From Candidatus Hodarchaeota archaeon (GTDB taxonomy: Archaea; Asgardarchaeota; Heimdallarchaeia; Hodarchaeales; Hodarchaeaceae), in assembly GCA_029856365.1 (NCBI GenBank), contig JAHQWW010000081.1, positions 1-16,695 on the forward strand: a stretch of DNA of 16,695 bases. Direction: 5' to 3'. A model generated the notes under the pieces. The model was not told the origin of the DNA. It did no database searches and saw only the letters and a program-made list of their open reading frames with translations. Positions 1-8,523 of the stretch are shown one piece after another. Numbering within the stretch: the stretch's first letter is position 1; every line of letters begins with the position of its first letter. The position numbers and the translations under genes are program-made.

Positions 1-81
1 ATAGTAGAATTAAAGGGATGTAGGATAGCAATAGGACGGGGAATTGCGATGAAAATCTTTTGTAATAGGATTCTTGGATAA
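1..81 (+). CDS. feoA: FeoA ferrous iron transport protein A, 3' end (partial; not in ORF track)
   Basis: Frame 1 reads IVELKGCRIAIGRGIAMKIFCNRILG* (TAA 79-81). This matches the FeoA C-terminal pattern 'v.v.g.rialgrg.A.kI.v' and lies directly upstream of feoB. Confidence 0.85.
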   Translation: MVELKGCRIAIGRGIAMKIFCNRILG

Positions 82-102
82 AAAAAATCTGGTACAGAAG
101 AA

Positions 103-2124
103 TTGGTCGTTATATTATTGAAGATTGCATTAGCAGGAAACCCTAATGTGGGGAAGACAGTTATATTTAATGCTTTAACTGGTTCTCATCAACATGTTGC
201 GAATTTTCCTGGATGTACGGTTGAACATAAGGAAGGAAAATGTTCTTTTGCAGGTAGCTTAATTACGGTTATTGATTTACCAGGTACTTATAGTCTTAGT
301 AGCTTCTCTGAAGATGAACTCGTATCTAGAGAATATTTAATTAATGATAAACCCGATCTAATTATAAATGTGATTGATGCGTCGAATTTAGAACGTAATT
401 TATTCTTAACAATTCAATTATTAGAGTTGAAGCTACCTATTGTCATTGCATTAAATATGTTAGATATTGCTAAATCCAAAGGTTTTGAAATTAATGTGGA
501 AAGCCTTAGAAAGAAATTAAATGTTCCAATTATTCCTATGATCGCAACAAAAAGTGAGGGAGTTGTTGAGCTTCTTGATGTGGTTTTAGAATATTCAAAA
601 AATGGAAAGGATAGAAATGCTAGATTCTTTGTAGATGGCCCTATTAAGCCTTATGAAGACAAAATAGCAGAGATTATTAGAAAACACGATGGTACTGATT
701 CTTTAGATAATTATGATAATAATTGGCTTGGATTAAAACTTCTAGAACAAGATTCAGTAATTATGGAGATAGTCTATGATGCAATAGCTAAAGCAAACCC
801 CAAAAAAAAAGAAATTTATTGGGAACTGATAGAAACAGTCATCAACGACTTTAAAAACGAGGTAGGAGCCTCAGACACAGCTATATATATAGCAAATAGG
901 AGATATCATCTTATTGAAGATCTCACAAATGAAATCATTATTAAAAGAGGAACAGCTTCTACAAATATTACTGCTATGTTAGATGAAGTCTTAACAGATA
1001 AGTATCTCGGAATTCCTATCTTTTTAGCAAGTTTATGGGTCATTTTTACGTTCACTTTCACCTTATCAGAACCTTTTGTCTATGTTCTAGAAAACATCTT
1101 TACTTGGTTGTCAACAGAAGGAACATCATTAATCCCTAATCCATTAGTTGCATCAATATTTTCAGGTGCTATAGACGGAATAGGCGCTATTCTTGTTTTT
1201 GTTCCGACAATCTTTTTATTATACTTTGCTATGGCTGTACTTGAAGATTCTGGATACTTAGCACGAGCAGCATTTGTTGTAGATAAATGGATGGAGAAAG
1301 TTGGTTTACATGGAAAATCCTTCATTCCTTTAATGCTTGGATTTGGTTGTACTGTACCAGCCATAATGGCTACACGATCAATAAGAGAAAAAGAAGATCG
1401 TTTAATAACAATTTCAATTACCCCTTTTATGTCCTGTTCAGCACGGTTACCAGTATACGTTTTATTTGCTGGTGTGTTCTTTCCTGATTATCCTGGGCTT
1501 GCAATTCTTACAATGTATATTCTTGGTATTATAATAGCTATTTTGAGTGCTGTTGTGTTAAATAAGTTTTATTTTACTCATGAAGACAAAGTATTCATTA
1601 TGGAATTGCCTGAATTTCAAAGACCTAAATTAACCGTGGCAACAAGGGAAATGTGGAATCGAGGGTCATTATTTATCAAAAAAGCTGGAACTATTATTTT
1701 GGCAGCAGCATTACTAGTTTGGTTTCTCAGTAATATACCTTTTGGTGCACCTATTGAGGATACACTCCTAGCAATGATAGGAAAAGTTTTGCAGCCCTTA
1801 TTTATACCATTTGGCTGGAATTGGGAATTCATCGCTGCCTTAATACTTGGTTTAATAGCAAAAGAAGTTATCGTAGCAACTTTAGGGATCCTGGGGGGTG
1901 TATCTCTTGAAACATTTTTAGCCAGCTCTCTTTCTTTGAGTCAGGCTTTTCCGTTTATGGTTTTTATATTACTCTATGTGCCTTGTGCTGCAACAATATC
2001 AGTGATTAAAGCTGAGACAGGATCTTGGAAAATTACAGTTGCCTTAACAATTGGCTATATCATAATTGCTTATACTGTAGCATTGTTTTTCAGATTCTTA
2101 TTATTAGCTTTAAACTTTAAGTAA
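103..2124 (+). CDS. feoB: Ferrous iron transporter FeoB (true start may be TTG at 118)
   Basis: G1 GNPNVGKT, G2 NFPGCTVE, G3 DLPG and G4 NMLD motifs; gate and C-terminal motifs GFGCTVPAIMATR, PFMSCSARLPVY, MELP, YVPCAAT; polytopic membrane C-terminal half. Confidence 0.98.
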   Translation: MVVILLKIALAGNPNVGKTVIFNALTGSHQHVANFPGCTVEHKEGKCSFAGSLITVIDLPGTYSLSSFSEDELVSREYLINDKPDLIINVIDASNLERNLFLTIQLLELKLPIVIALNMLDIAKSKGFEINVESLRKKLNVPIIPMIATKSEGVVELLDVVLEYSKNGKDRNARFFVDGPIKPYEDKIAEIIRKHDGTDSLDNYDNNWLGLKLLEQDSVIMEIVYDAIAKANPKKKEIYWELIETVINDFKNEVGASDTAIYIANRRYHLIEDLTNEIIIKRGTASTNITAMLDEVLTDKYLGIPIFLASLWVIFTFTFTLSEPFVYVLENIFTWLSTEGTSLIPNPLVASIFSGAIDGIGAILVFVPTIFLLYFAMAVLEDSGYLARAAFVVDKWMEKVGLHGKSFIPLMLGFGCTVPAIMATRSIREKEDRLITISITPFMSCSARLPVYVLFAGVFFPDYPGLAILTMYILGIIIAILSAVVLNKFYFTHEDKVFIMELPEFQRPKLTVATREMWNRGSLFIKKAGTIILAAALLVWFLSNIPFGAPIEDTLLAMIGKVLQPLFIPFGWNWEFIAALILGLIAKEVIVATLGILGGVSLETFLASSLSLSQAFPFMVFILLYVPCAATISVIKAETGSWKITVALTIGYIIIAYTVALFFRFLLLALNFK

Positions 2125-2140
2125 AATAGGATATAATGAA

Positions 2141-2584
2141 ATGATAGATGATAACATCAAGGGATTAGCGTATCTTGGAGGGATTTATGCTACCCTATTT
2201 TTTGCTATTGGCATAATTGGACTATTCTCTCTGTTTTTTGATTCATTCTTGTTTATTATAATCGTTAAGGATCCAATTGAATCATTATTACTGATACTCG
2301 CCGCTATAGTCTATTTTCGGGGTTTTTTAAAGCTGAAAAACAAAGATAGAACTGGTACGGCGTTTATTTTTGTTGCAGCCATTATGGGAGTAATATTAGG
2401 CGGATTGGCTTTCTTAAATTTAATTATTAATAGTGGTCTGGGAGCTTTTTTGGAGGAATTTTCGTTTCTTGTTGCTTACAATCGAATTACTGAAAATTTC
2501 TCCCTAATGATAGTTGTTGGAATTTTAAGCCTAATTCCATTTAAATTCATTCAGTCTATTGAGCAAAATTTGGTGGGAATCTAG
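2141..2584 (+). CDS. Uncharacterised small integral membrane protein (~4 TM) in the feo operon
   Basis: 147 aa with about four hydrophobic segments; starts 16 nt after the feoB stop; its stop abuts the next gene. Confidence 0.8.
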   Translation: MIDDNIKGLAYLGGIYATLFFAIGIIGLFSLFFDSFLFIIIVKDPIESLLLILAAIVYFRGFLKLKNKDRTGTAFIFVAAIMGVILGGLAFLNLIINSGLGAFLEEFSFLVAYNRITENFSLMIVVGILSLIPFKFIQSIEQNLVGI

Positions 2585-2585
2585 A

Positions 2586-2873
2586 TTGATAGAGGAAGTA
2601 TTATCATATATTAAAAAAAAAGGGAGTAATTTCTCTTTTTATCAAATAAAAAAGGATCTGGATTTATCAGAAGGGCAACTAGATATTATTAAATTACAGT
2701 TACTTCAGTTAGGATTCATAGAGGAGATTAAGCATTATAAAGGGGAAGATGAACTCAATCCAGTCATCTGTCGTAGTTGTCCTCAAAAGGAAAATTGTAT
2801 TGAGAAGGATCCCTTGAGTATAAAATTATATAGACTTACGTCAAAAGCTTTTACAGATCACAATTCCCCATAA
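2586..2873 (+). CDS. FeoC-like winged-helix protein with CxxCPx4C motif
   Basis: wHTH pattern IEEVLSYIKK...FYQIKKDLDLSEGQLDIIKLQLLQLGFIEE, a Cys-containing wing (CRSCPQKENC), then YRLTSKA; last gene of the feo cluster. Start reassigned from 2559 to TTG 2586, which has GGTGG ~10 nt upstream and no overlap with the previous gene. Confidence 0.75.
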   Translation: MIEEVLSYIKKKGSNFSFYQIKKDLDLSEGQLDIIKLQLLQLGFIEEIKHYKGEDELNPVICRSCPQKENCIEKDPLSIKLYRLTSKAFTDHNSP

Positions 2874-2883
2874 ATTATATCAG

Positions 2884-2889
2884 AAAAAA
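2884..2889 (-). terminator. Possible oligo-U archaeal terminator for the acyl-CoA ligase gene
   Basis: T6 run on the minus strand ~25 nt downstream of the stop, between convergent genes. Confidence 0.3.
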
Positions 2890-2912
2890 GGGGGGTTTAA
2901 GAGGAACTATTC

Positions 2913-4652
2913 TTAGCCTTTCAGTTCCTCTTCTTTGATCACTCGACGTAAGACTTTCCCAACAGTACTTAAAGGTAAATCATCACGGAACTCAACTTTT
3001 CTAGGACGTTTATACCCCGCCATCCGATCTCGACACCATTCTATGATTTCTTCTTCCGTTGCAGTTTCCCCTTCTTTCAATACAAGATAAGCAGCAACAT
3101 ATTCATTACTCGGGGTCTCCTCATCTGGTAATCCGATAACTGCAGCAAGCTTGATTTTTGGGTGTTCATATAAGATGTCTTCGATTTCTCTGGGGTAAGC
3201 TTTCAGTCCACCAACAATAATCATGTCCTTCTTCCGATCTGTTATGACTGTGAATCCCTCTTCGTCAAGAAATCCAATGTCTCCAGTTAGGAAGTATTTT
3301 CGACCATCGATTTCTCGAAATACTTTTGCTGATGCCTTTTCTCTCTTCCAGTATCCTTTCATGACTTGCGGACCAGAGAGCGCTATTTCTCCATTTTCTC
3401 CTTGGGGTAATTCTTTCAATCCCGTGTCTAAATCTACAATTTTGACATATGTATCAGGCATTGGAAGTCCAACTGTTCCAAACTTTCTTTGAATTTTATT
3501 TGTTGGGTTCATATGCGTCACTGGGGATGTTTCTGAAAGTCCATATCCCTCTACGATCCAACTATTAGTTATCCTTTCAAATTCTTTGGCTAATTCTGGC
3601 GCTAACGGCGCTGCTCCTGAACCACAACCGATAACTGAAGTAAGATCGTATTTATCAACGTTCGGATGGTTTACAATTGCTGAATATATCGTTGGGACAG
3701 CATGGAGGACAGTTCCTCTATAATCATTAATTGCTTCTAGTATTACTGAAAGTGGAGGTTTCCCAGCACGAGGATCTGGGATAGGGATTACTGTTGCAGC
3801 AATATAAGCTCCTCCAATCATCGTAAGAGTGAGCCCATATGAATGATACCATGGAAGGGCACCAATGAAGACTTCTTTCCCATGACGAAAGGATTGTGAT
3901 TCCCCTGTCTCCTCTGGATCTATCCTAACATATTCATTTATTTGTAAAACGTTAGAATAGATATTCTTATGCGATAGCATTACTCCTTTTGGCAAGCCTG
4001 TGGTGCCACCAGTATAAATAAGCATAGCTAAGTCTTCATCAGGATTAATTTCCACCTTAGGTTTTGTTGGCTCATAAACCAGAATTTCGGAGAAAAATGA
4101 GGTAATTGCATCTTCATAAAAAGGACTCTTGGGTACTTTTCCAAGTAATCCTCCAATTATCGCTTTTAGCTTAGGAAGAAAATCCTTTGTCTGGCAAATG
4201 ACCACGTGCTTAACTTGCGTTCCTTTAATTGCTTTGTAAGTTGAAGGAGCAAATTTCTCATGATCAAAGGCAAATACCATGACTGCTTCTGAATCCTTAA
4301 GTTGATAGTTTAGTTCATCCGCAGTATAAGTAGGATTACATGTAACACATGTAGCTCCTGCTTTCAAGATCCCAAAAAAGATGATTGGGTAATGAGGCGT
4401 ATTAGGTAAGAACATTGCAACTTTATCACCTTTTTTTACTCCTTTGCTTATAAGATAATTCGCAACTTGATTTGCCATTGTGTTTGTTTCTGTAAAGGTT
4501 GTCGTTGTTCCCATAAACTTTAAGTACGGTAAATCACCACTTTTTGCTGCAATATCTTCCAGTATTTTGTGAAGGGGCTCATTGGGATAGGGTTCTAAGG
4601 ATTTTTTGACCGTTTCAGGCCATTTGTATTTATGCCAAATCTGTTCTTCCAT
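2913..4652 (-). CDS. fadD: Long-chain-fatty-acid--CoA ligase (AMP-binding family)
   Basis: YTGGTTGLPKG P-loop, EGYGLSE, TGDIG, DRKKDMII and C-terminal GKVLRR adenylate-forming motifs; 579 aa. Confidence 0.93.
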   Translation of the reverse strand: MEEQIWHKYKWPETVKKSLEPYPNEPLHKILEDIAAKSGDLPYLKFMGTTTTFTETNTMANQVANYLISKGVKKGDKVAMFLPNTPHYPIIFFGILKAGATCVTCNPTYTADELNYQLKDSEAVMVFAFDHEKFAPSTYKAIKGTQVKHVVICQTKDFLPKLKAIIGGLLGKVPKSPFYEDAITSFFSEILVYEPTKPKVEINPDEDLAMLIYTGGTTGLPKGVMLSHKNIYSNVLQINEYVRIDPEETGESQSFRHGKEVFIGALPWYHSYGLTLTMIGGAYIAATVIPIPDPRAGKPPLSVILEAINDYRGTVLHAVPTIYSAIVNHPNVDKYDLTSVIGCGSGAAPLAPELAKEFERITNSWIVEGYGLSETSPVTHMNPTNKIQRKFGTVGLPMPDTYVKIVDLDTGLKELPQGENGEIALSGPQVMKGYWKREKASAKVFREIDGRKYFLTGDIGFLDEEGFTVITDRKKDMIIVGGLKAYPREIEDILYEHPKIKLAAVIGLPDEETPSNEYVAAYLVLKEGETATEEEIIEWCRDRMAGYKRPRKVEFRDDLPLSTVGKVLRRVIKEEELKG

Positions 4653-4828
4653 TTTTGATCATTCTCGGTAATTTTAGTATTTTCCGTTTATTATCACCTT
4701 TACTTAAATAGTTTCCTAAGGCACTGTTTCTAAAGGGTGGAAAAATTGAATAAATTTAACTAATTATTTTGTAATGATATTTTTTTCTTAGAAAACGTTC
4801 AAATCTAATACAACGAAACAACAAAGAT

Positions 4829-5017
4829 CTAGACACTAGAATCATGATTAAAATTATGTAAGAATTCATTTACCTCCTGTTTTGTAGGGAGGGGAGTTTG
4901 GGCTCCTAATCCTTGAATTTTTATTACTGAAGTTGCTTGCCCTCTTCTGATGCACTCAGCTAATGATTTATCTTCTAAGAAGGACGAAATGAAACTAACT
5001 TTCCTCTTCAATCCCAC
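4829..5017 (-). pseudogene. C-terminal remnant of a PfkB/ribokinase-family sugar kinase
   Basis: FISSFLEDKSLAECIRRGQATSVIKIQGLGAQTPLPTKQEVNEFL matches the PfkB C-terminal pattern (gF..gll.g.sl.ea...a.a.aa..v...GAq..lPt..ev..fl). The preceding GAGD motif and the N-terminal domain are absent. Confidence 0.7.
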
Positions 5018-5028
5018 TAATCAAGTAA

Positions 5029-5505
5029 TCACATCTCAGGGTGATAAATTGTCCTAAAGACGCTCAGCAATAATTTCATTTCGTCTAATGTGATTCTATT
5101 ATCTTTTTGGATGTTTTCAGCTGTTTTATCATAAATTCTTTTCCATAAATGCGTTAATATGTTCTTTTCTTCTGGAGTAATCATTTCATCCTCCCATGCC
5201 TTTCTATAGGCTTGTTTAAAATTAGCTATGTTTTCATAAATAGATTTAATCATCTTTTTTTCTTCTTTAGTAATTTCACCATCTTGGAGGGCGATAGTAA
5301 CTAAATCCTGAATTAAGTCATCTAATTGACTCATTTCTACTGCTTTCGATATAATTATCTCTTCATTCTTCTCCACGAACGTTAAACAATCCCCTACTTT
5401 CAGTTTTAGTTTTTTTCGCACTTCTGGTGGGATAGATACTTGGAAGTTTTGAGATATCTCACCTATTCCTACATTTTTTTGGTTATCGGTATTTTTATCT
5501 TCCAT
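5029..5505 (-). CDS. AbrB/MazE/SpoVT-family DNA-binding domain fused to a helical domain with three DxxITxEE repeats
   Basis: N-terminal ISQNFQVSIPPEVRKKLKLKVGDCLTFVEKNEEIIISK is an AbrB signature. C-terminal repeats are ALQDGEITKEE, AWEDEMITPEE and IQKDNRITLDE. Confidence 0.85.
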   Translation of the reverse strand: MEDKNTDNQKNVGIGEISQNFQVSIPPEVRKKLKLKVGDCLTFVEKNEEIIISKAVEMSQLDDLIQDLVTIALQDGEITKEEKKMIKSIYENIANFKQAYRKAWEDEMITPEEKNILTHLWKRIYDKTAENIQKDNRITLDEMKLLLSVFRTIYHPEM

Positions 5506-5577
5506 CTTTTACCCTCAAATTCATTAACCAAGTACCTAACTTCATCTTAGATAATCTACGAATTCGCCAGAGTTTTC

Positions 5578-6057
5578 CTATTTGAATATTTTTAATTCGG
5601 GATGCATTTTTGCTATTTTAATAATTGGCCCTCTGATGATAAAACCAAGTGCACGGCCACTTCCTTTGACCACAAGCACTCTATCTCCTATTTTCACTCC
5701 ATATACATTGAGGATTTCAGGAGAGAGAATGAAATATCCATTTTTATCTAATCTCGCCCAACAAAAATATTTATTATTTTTATATTTCTTTAGTTTTAAT
5801 TCAGGGATTTTAAAGGAATCCTCTACCTCTGAATAATTAAGAAGATTTAATGTCTCTTTAAAAGGCCCTTTCTTAAGCTGATCAACTTTGGTTATACCAA
5901 ATCCACCTGACGTTGAACTTCCAGGTAAAAGAATAATTTTATCACAATCATTAAATGTATATTCGTCACACGCTTCTTTTGGTATCAGTATTTTTCCAAT
6001 TTTCTGAACAAGCGACCATCCAAAAACATATTTACCTCCTTCAACTAATTGTGGCAT
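5578..6057 (-). CDS. Conserved hypothetical protein with two AbrB-like (swapped-hairpin) repeats
   Basis: Two similar segments: VQKIGKILIPKEACDEYTFNDCDKIILLPGS and LDKNGYFILSPEILNVYGVKIGDRVLVVKGS. ATG start with GGAG upstream. Confidence 0.7.
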   Translation of the reverse strand: MPQLVEGGKYVFGWSLVQKIGKILIPKEACDEYTFNDCDKIILLPGSSTSGGFGITKVDQLKKGPFKETLNLLNYSEVEDSFKIPELKLKKYKNNKYFCWARLDKNGYFILSPEILNVYGVKIGDRVLVVKGSGRALGFIIRGPIIKIAKMHPELKIFK

Positions 6058-6119
6058 GTTTTATCTCCAGAATTAGTATTTAACTTAATGCTGGTTTAGT
6101 ACAAGATTATATTTTTTGT

Positions 6120-6158
6120 AATTTTTACAGTAAAAATTTCTTTAGTTACTGTAAAAAT
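6120..6158. promoter_or_regulatory. Palindromic operator candidate between the divergent AbrB-fold genes and the ABC exporter
   Basis: AATTTTTAC-A-GTAAAAATT (6120-6138, 9-1-9 palindrome). ATTTTTACAGTAA (6121-6133) also pairs with TTACTGTAAAAAT (6146-6158) as a perfect 13-bp inverted repeat. Confidence 0.55.
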
Positions 6159-6332
6159 ATTTTTCCTCATGGTAAAAGATTTTTTACTGAATTTCAAGAC
6201 ATATCATTATCAATAGACTTATAAAACAGCTTTATTGCAGTGTTAATTGCCATAATACTTGTATTTATCAGTTATGATAGATTCTCAAACTATATTATAG
6301 GATAATAATACAATCTAAGAGGTGAAAAAACA

Positions 6333-7301
6333 ATGGGGATAGCTATAGAAGCAAAAGAACTTTCCAAAGTTTTTCCACCAGATATAATAGCAGTAAATCG
6401 GATTTCTTTTGCTATTAAAGAAGGTGAAATTTTTAGCTTTTTAGGCCCTAATGGAGCTGGAAAAACAACCACAGTTAGATTATTAACAACGCTTCTAAGA
6501 CCAACGAGTGGTTTTGCAACAGTTTACGGATATGATATCTTAAAGAATCCACAAGAACTTCGTAAAAATATGGGTGTTCTTACTGATAGGCCTAACCTCT
6601 ACTTACGATTATCTGCGAGAAAGAATCTAACTTTTTTTGCAAAAATGTACGGGTTAACTCATGAGGAAGCGACACGTCGTATTAATGAATTGGCAAAACA
6701 GTTTGATTTGCTTAAAAGGCTTGACTCTCCAGCAGGTTCATATAGTAAAGGAATGAAGCAGAAATTGGGTATTTTGCGCGCTATGGTTCACTCACCTCCA
6801 ATCATGTTTCTAGATGAACCAACCGCGGGATTAGATCCTTTAGCTCAATCTAGCGTAAGAGAAACGATAGAAATGGTAGCTGCTGACCTCGACACAACGA
6901 TCTTCCTAACAACGCATAATTTACCCGAAGCGGAGAAGTTGTCAACTAAGATTGGTGTGATAGATAAGGGGATATTATTAACGATTGGTAGTACTTACGA
7001 ACTTCAATCAAAGGTCTCAAAAGTCTCCAAATTAGTCATTACTTGCAAGAATAAAGTGTCAGAATATCAGAAATTAACATCAAAAATCGATGGAGTTATT
7101 TCTACTCATATTCTAAATAATGGAAGTTCGATTGAATTTGAATTAGATAATATGAATATTACTACTCCCACAATCGTCAAAACACTTGTTGATTCTGGCG
7201 CTTCTATACTAGAAGTACGACCTGTTAAAAAATCTCTCGAGGACGTTTATAAACATATAATGGATTCTTCTAATGGAGTTTTGAATCATGATGCAGCTTA
7301 A
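6333..7301 (+). CDS. ABC transporter ATP-binding subunit (DrrA/CcmA-like, ABC-2 exporter)
   Basis: Walker A GPNGAGKT, signature YSKGMKQK, Walker B MFLDEPT, H-loop TTH; GAGGTGA RBS at 6319-6325. Confidence 0.95.
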   Translation: MGIAIEAKELSKVFPPDIIAVNRISFAIKEGEIFSFLGPNGAGKTTTVRLLTTLLRPTSGFATVYGYDILKNPQELRKNMGVLTDRPNLYLRLSARKNLTFFAKMYGLTHEEATRRINELAKQFDLLKRLDSPAGSYSKGMKQKLGILRAMVHSPPIMFLDEPTAGLDPLAQSSVRETIEMVAADLDTTIFLTTHNLPEAEKLSTKIGVIDKGILLTIGSTYELQSKVSKVSKLVITCKNKVSEYQKLTSKIDGVISTHILNNGSSIEFELDNMNITTPTIVKTLVDSGASILEVRPVKKSLEDVYKHIMDSSNGVLNHDAA

Positions 7302-8097
7302 ACTGATTTGGGAGTTGATAAAAAAAGATTGGGCAGAGGCTTTTCGATCGAAGCAAATCCTCTTATCAACTACGATTTTACCGTTGCTTTTAGCCCTTGG
7401 TGTTCCAGTTATTTTCATGCTTTCAATGAGCTATGCTCCTATGGGAACCACGGACATTGGATTTGACGTATTCACTGATTTATTGCCTCCAATAACTTCA
7501 GATTGGAATCAGCTTTCTGATAAAGCTCAGATATTAATTATTGCATCAATATTTGGCCAAGTTTTTCTTCTTCTTGTTCCTGTAATGATTGCTAGTTTTG
7601 TTAGTGCTGACACAATAGTTGGTGAGAAAGAGAGGCAAACGATAGAAGGATTGTTAATCTTACCTGTAACTGACTCTGAAATCTTATTAGCAAAGATTAG
7701 CTCCACACTTATTCCTGTTCTGATATTAACTTCAATTATGGGGATTCTCTATACATTAATTGTTGACTTCATTACTTTCCCTTATTTAGGAAGACTTTAT
7801 CTTCCAAATTTTCAATTTATTCTTGTGATGGCTCTTTTCACTCCCCTCCTCGGTTTTGGTACTACTACATTCATTGTTATGATCAGTTCTCGAGTTTCAT
7901 CTACTCGTGATGCTCAGCAGTTAACAGGATTTTTTGTGTTGCCTGCCCTATTTCTGATCACTGGTCAACTCATTATCATATTTATTAATATCTGGTTGAT
8001 AATAATAGGGATTTTAATCTTAGGAGTGTTTGACTTTCTCACTTACAAGCTTGCACTTTCTCTCTTTAATCGGGAAAAATTGATGAGTCAAACTTGA
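7288..8097 (+). CDS. ABC-2 type transporter permease
   Basis: About six TM segments; ADTIVGEKERQTIEGLLILPVTDSEILLAK motif typical of ABC-2 permeases; overlaps the ATPase stop. Confidence 0.92.
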   Translation: MMQLKLIWELIKKDWAEAFRSKQILLSTTILPLLLALGVPVIFMLSMSYAPMGTTDIGFDVFTDLLPPITSDWNQLSDKAQILIIASIFGQVFLLLVPVMIASFVSADTIVGEKERQTIEGLLILPVTDSEILLAKISSTLIPVLILTSIMGILYTLIVDFITFPYLGRLYLPNFQFILVMALFTPLLGFGTTTFIVMISSRVSSTRDAQQLTGFFVLPALFLITGQLIIIFINIWLIIIGILILGVFDFLTYKLALSLFNREKLMSQT

Positions 8098-8129
8098 AGG
8101 AGTTTACATTCAGGCTCAGGTTTAATCTG

Positions 8130-8459
8130 CTATTTCTCAAAAATTTCCCAAAGATATAAATCAAAATTAATTTTGTCATTTGAATCAAAAATAATGCCTT
8201 CTTTCTCTAACAACCCTTTTTGAGTTTCATAACCACCAGTATGAGGTAACGATATTCGTCCCTTACTGTTAATTACTCTATGCCAAGGGAGGTTGTCTTT
8301 TTGCGATGAGGAATGTAATATCCAAGCAACTTGACGTGAAGCGCGAGGATTACCCGCATATGTAGCAATCTGACCATATGTGGCAACCTTGCCAGTGGGG
8401 ATCTTCTTAATAATATCCTTCACCCTTTGAGAAAAAGAAGAGTTCATTTCATTATCCAT
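8130..8459 (-). CDS. Alkyltransferase-like protein (ATL; MGMT/Ogt DNA-binding domain with PWHRV)
   Basis: IPTGKVATYGQIA...RASRQV HTH and the active-site-equivalent PWHRV (Trp in place of the catalytic Cys); LLEKEGI tail; no N-terminal MGMT domain. Confidence 0.92.
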   Translation of the reverse strand: MDNEMNSSFSQRVKDIIKKIPTGKVATYGQIATYAGNPRASRQVAWILHSSSQKDNLPWHRVINSKGRISLPHTGGYETQKGLLEKEGIIFDSNDKINFDLYLWEIFEK

Positions 8460-8523
8460 TCCAATATTTCATCCTTGTAATAGAAATTTTTAATTTGTTC
8501 CGCTCACATTATTAACAAGAACC

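Noticed and set aside
5029-5505. Toxin-antitoxin pair (AbrB/MazE antitoxin)
   Set aside because: No PIN, MazF or RelE toxin is adjacent; the downstream ORF is a PfkB fragment.
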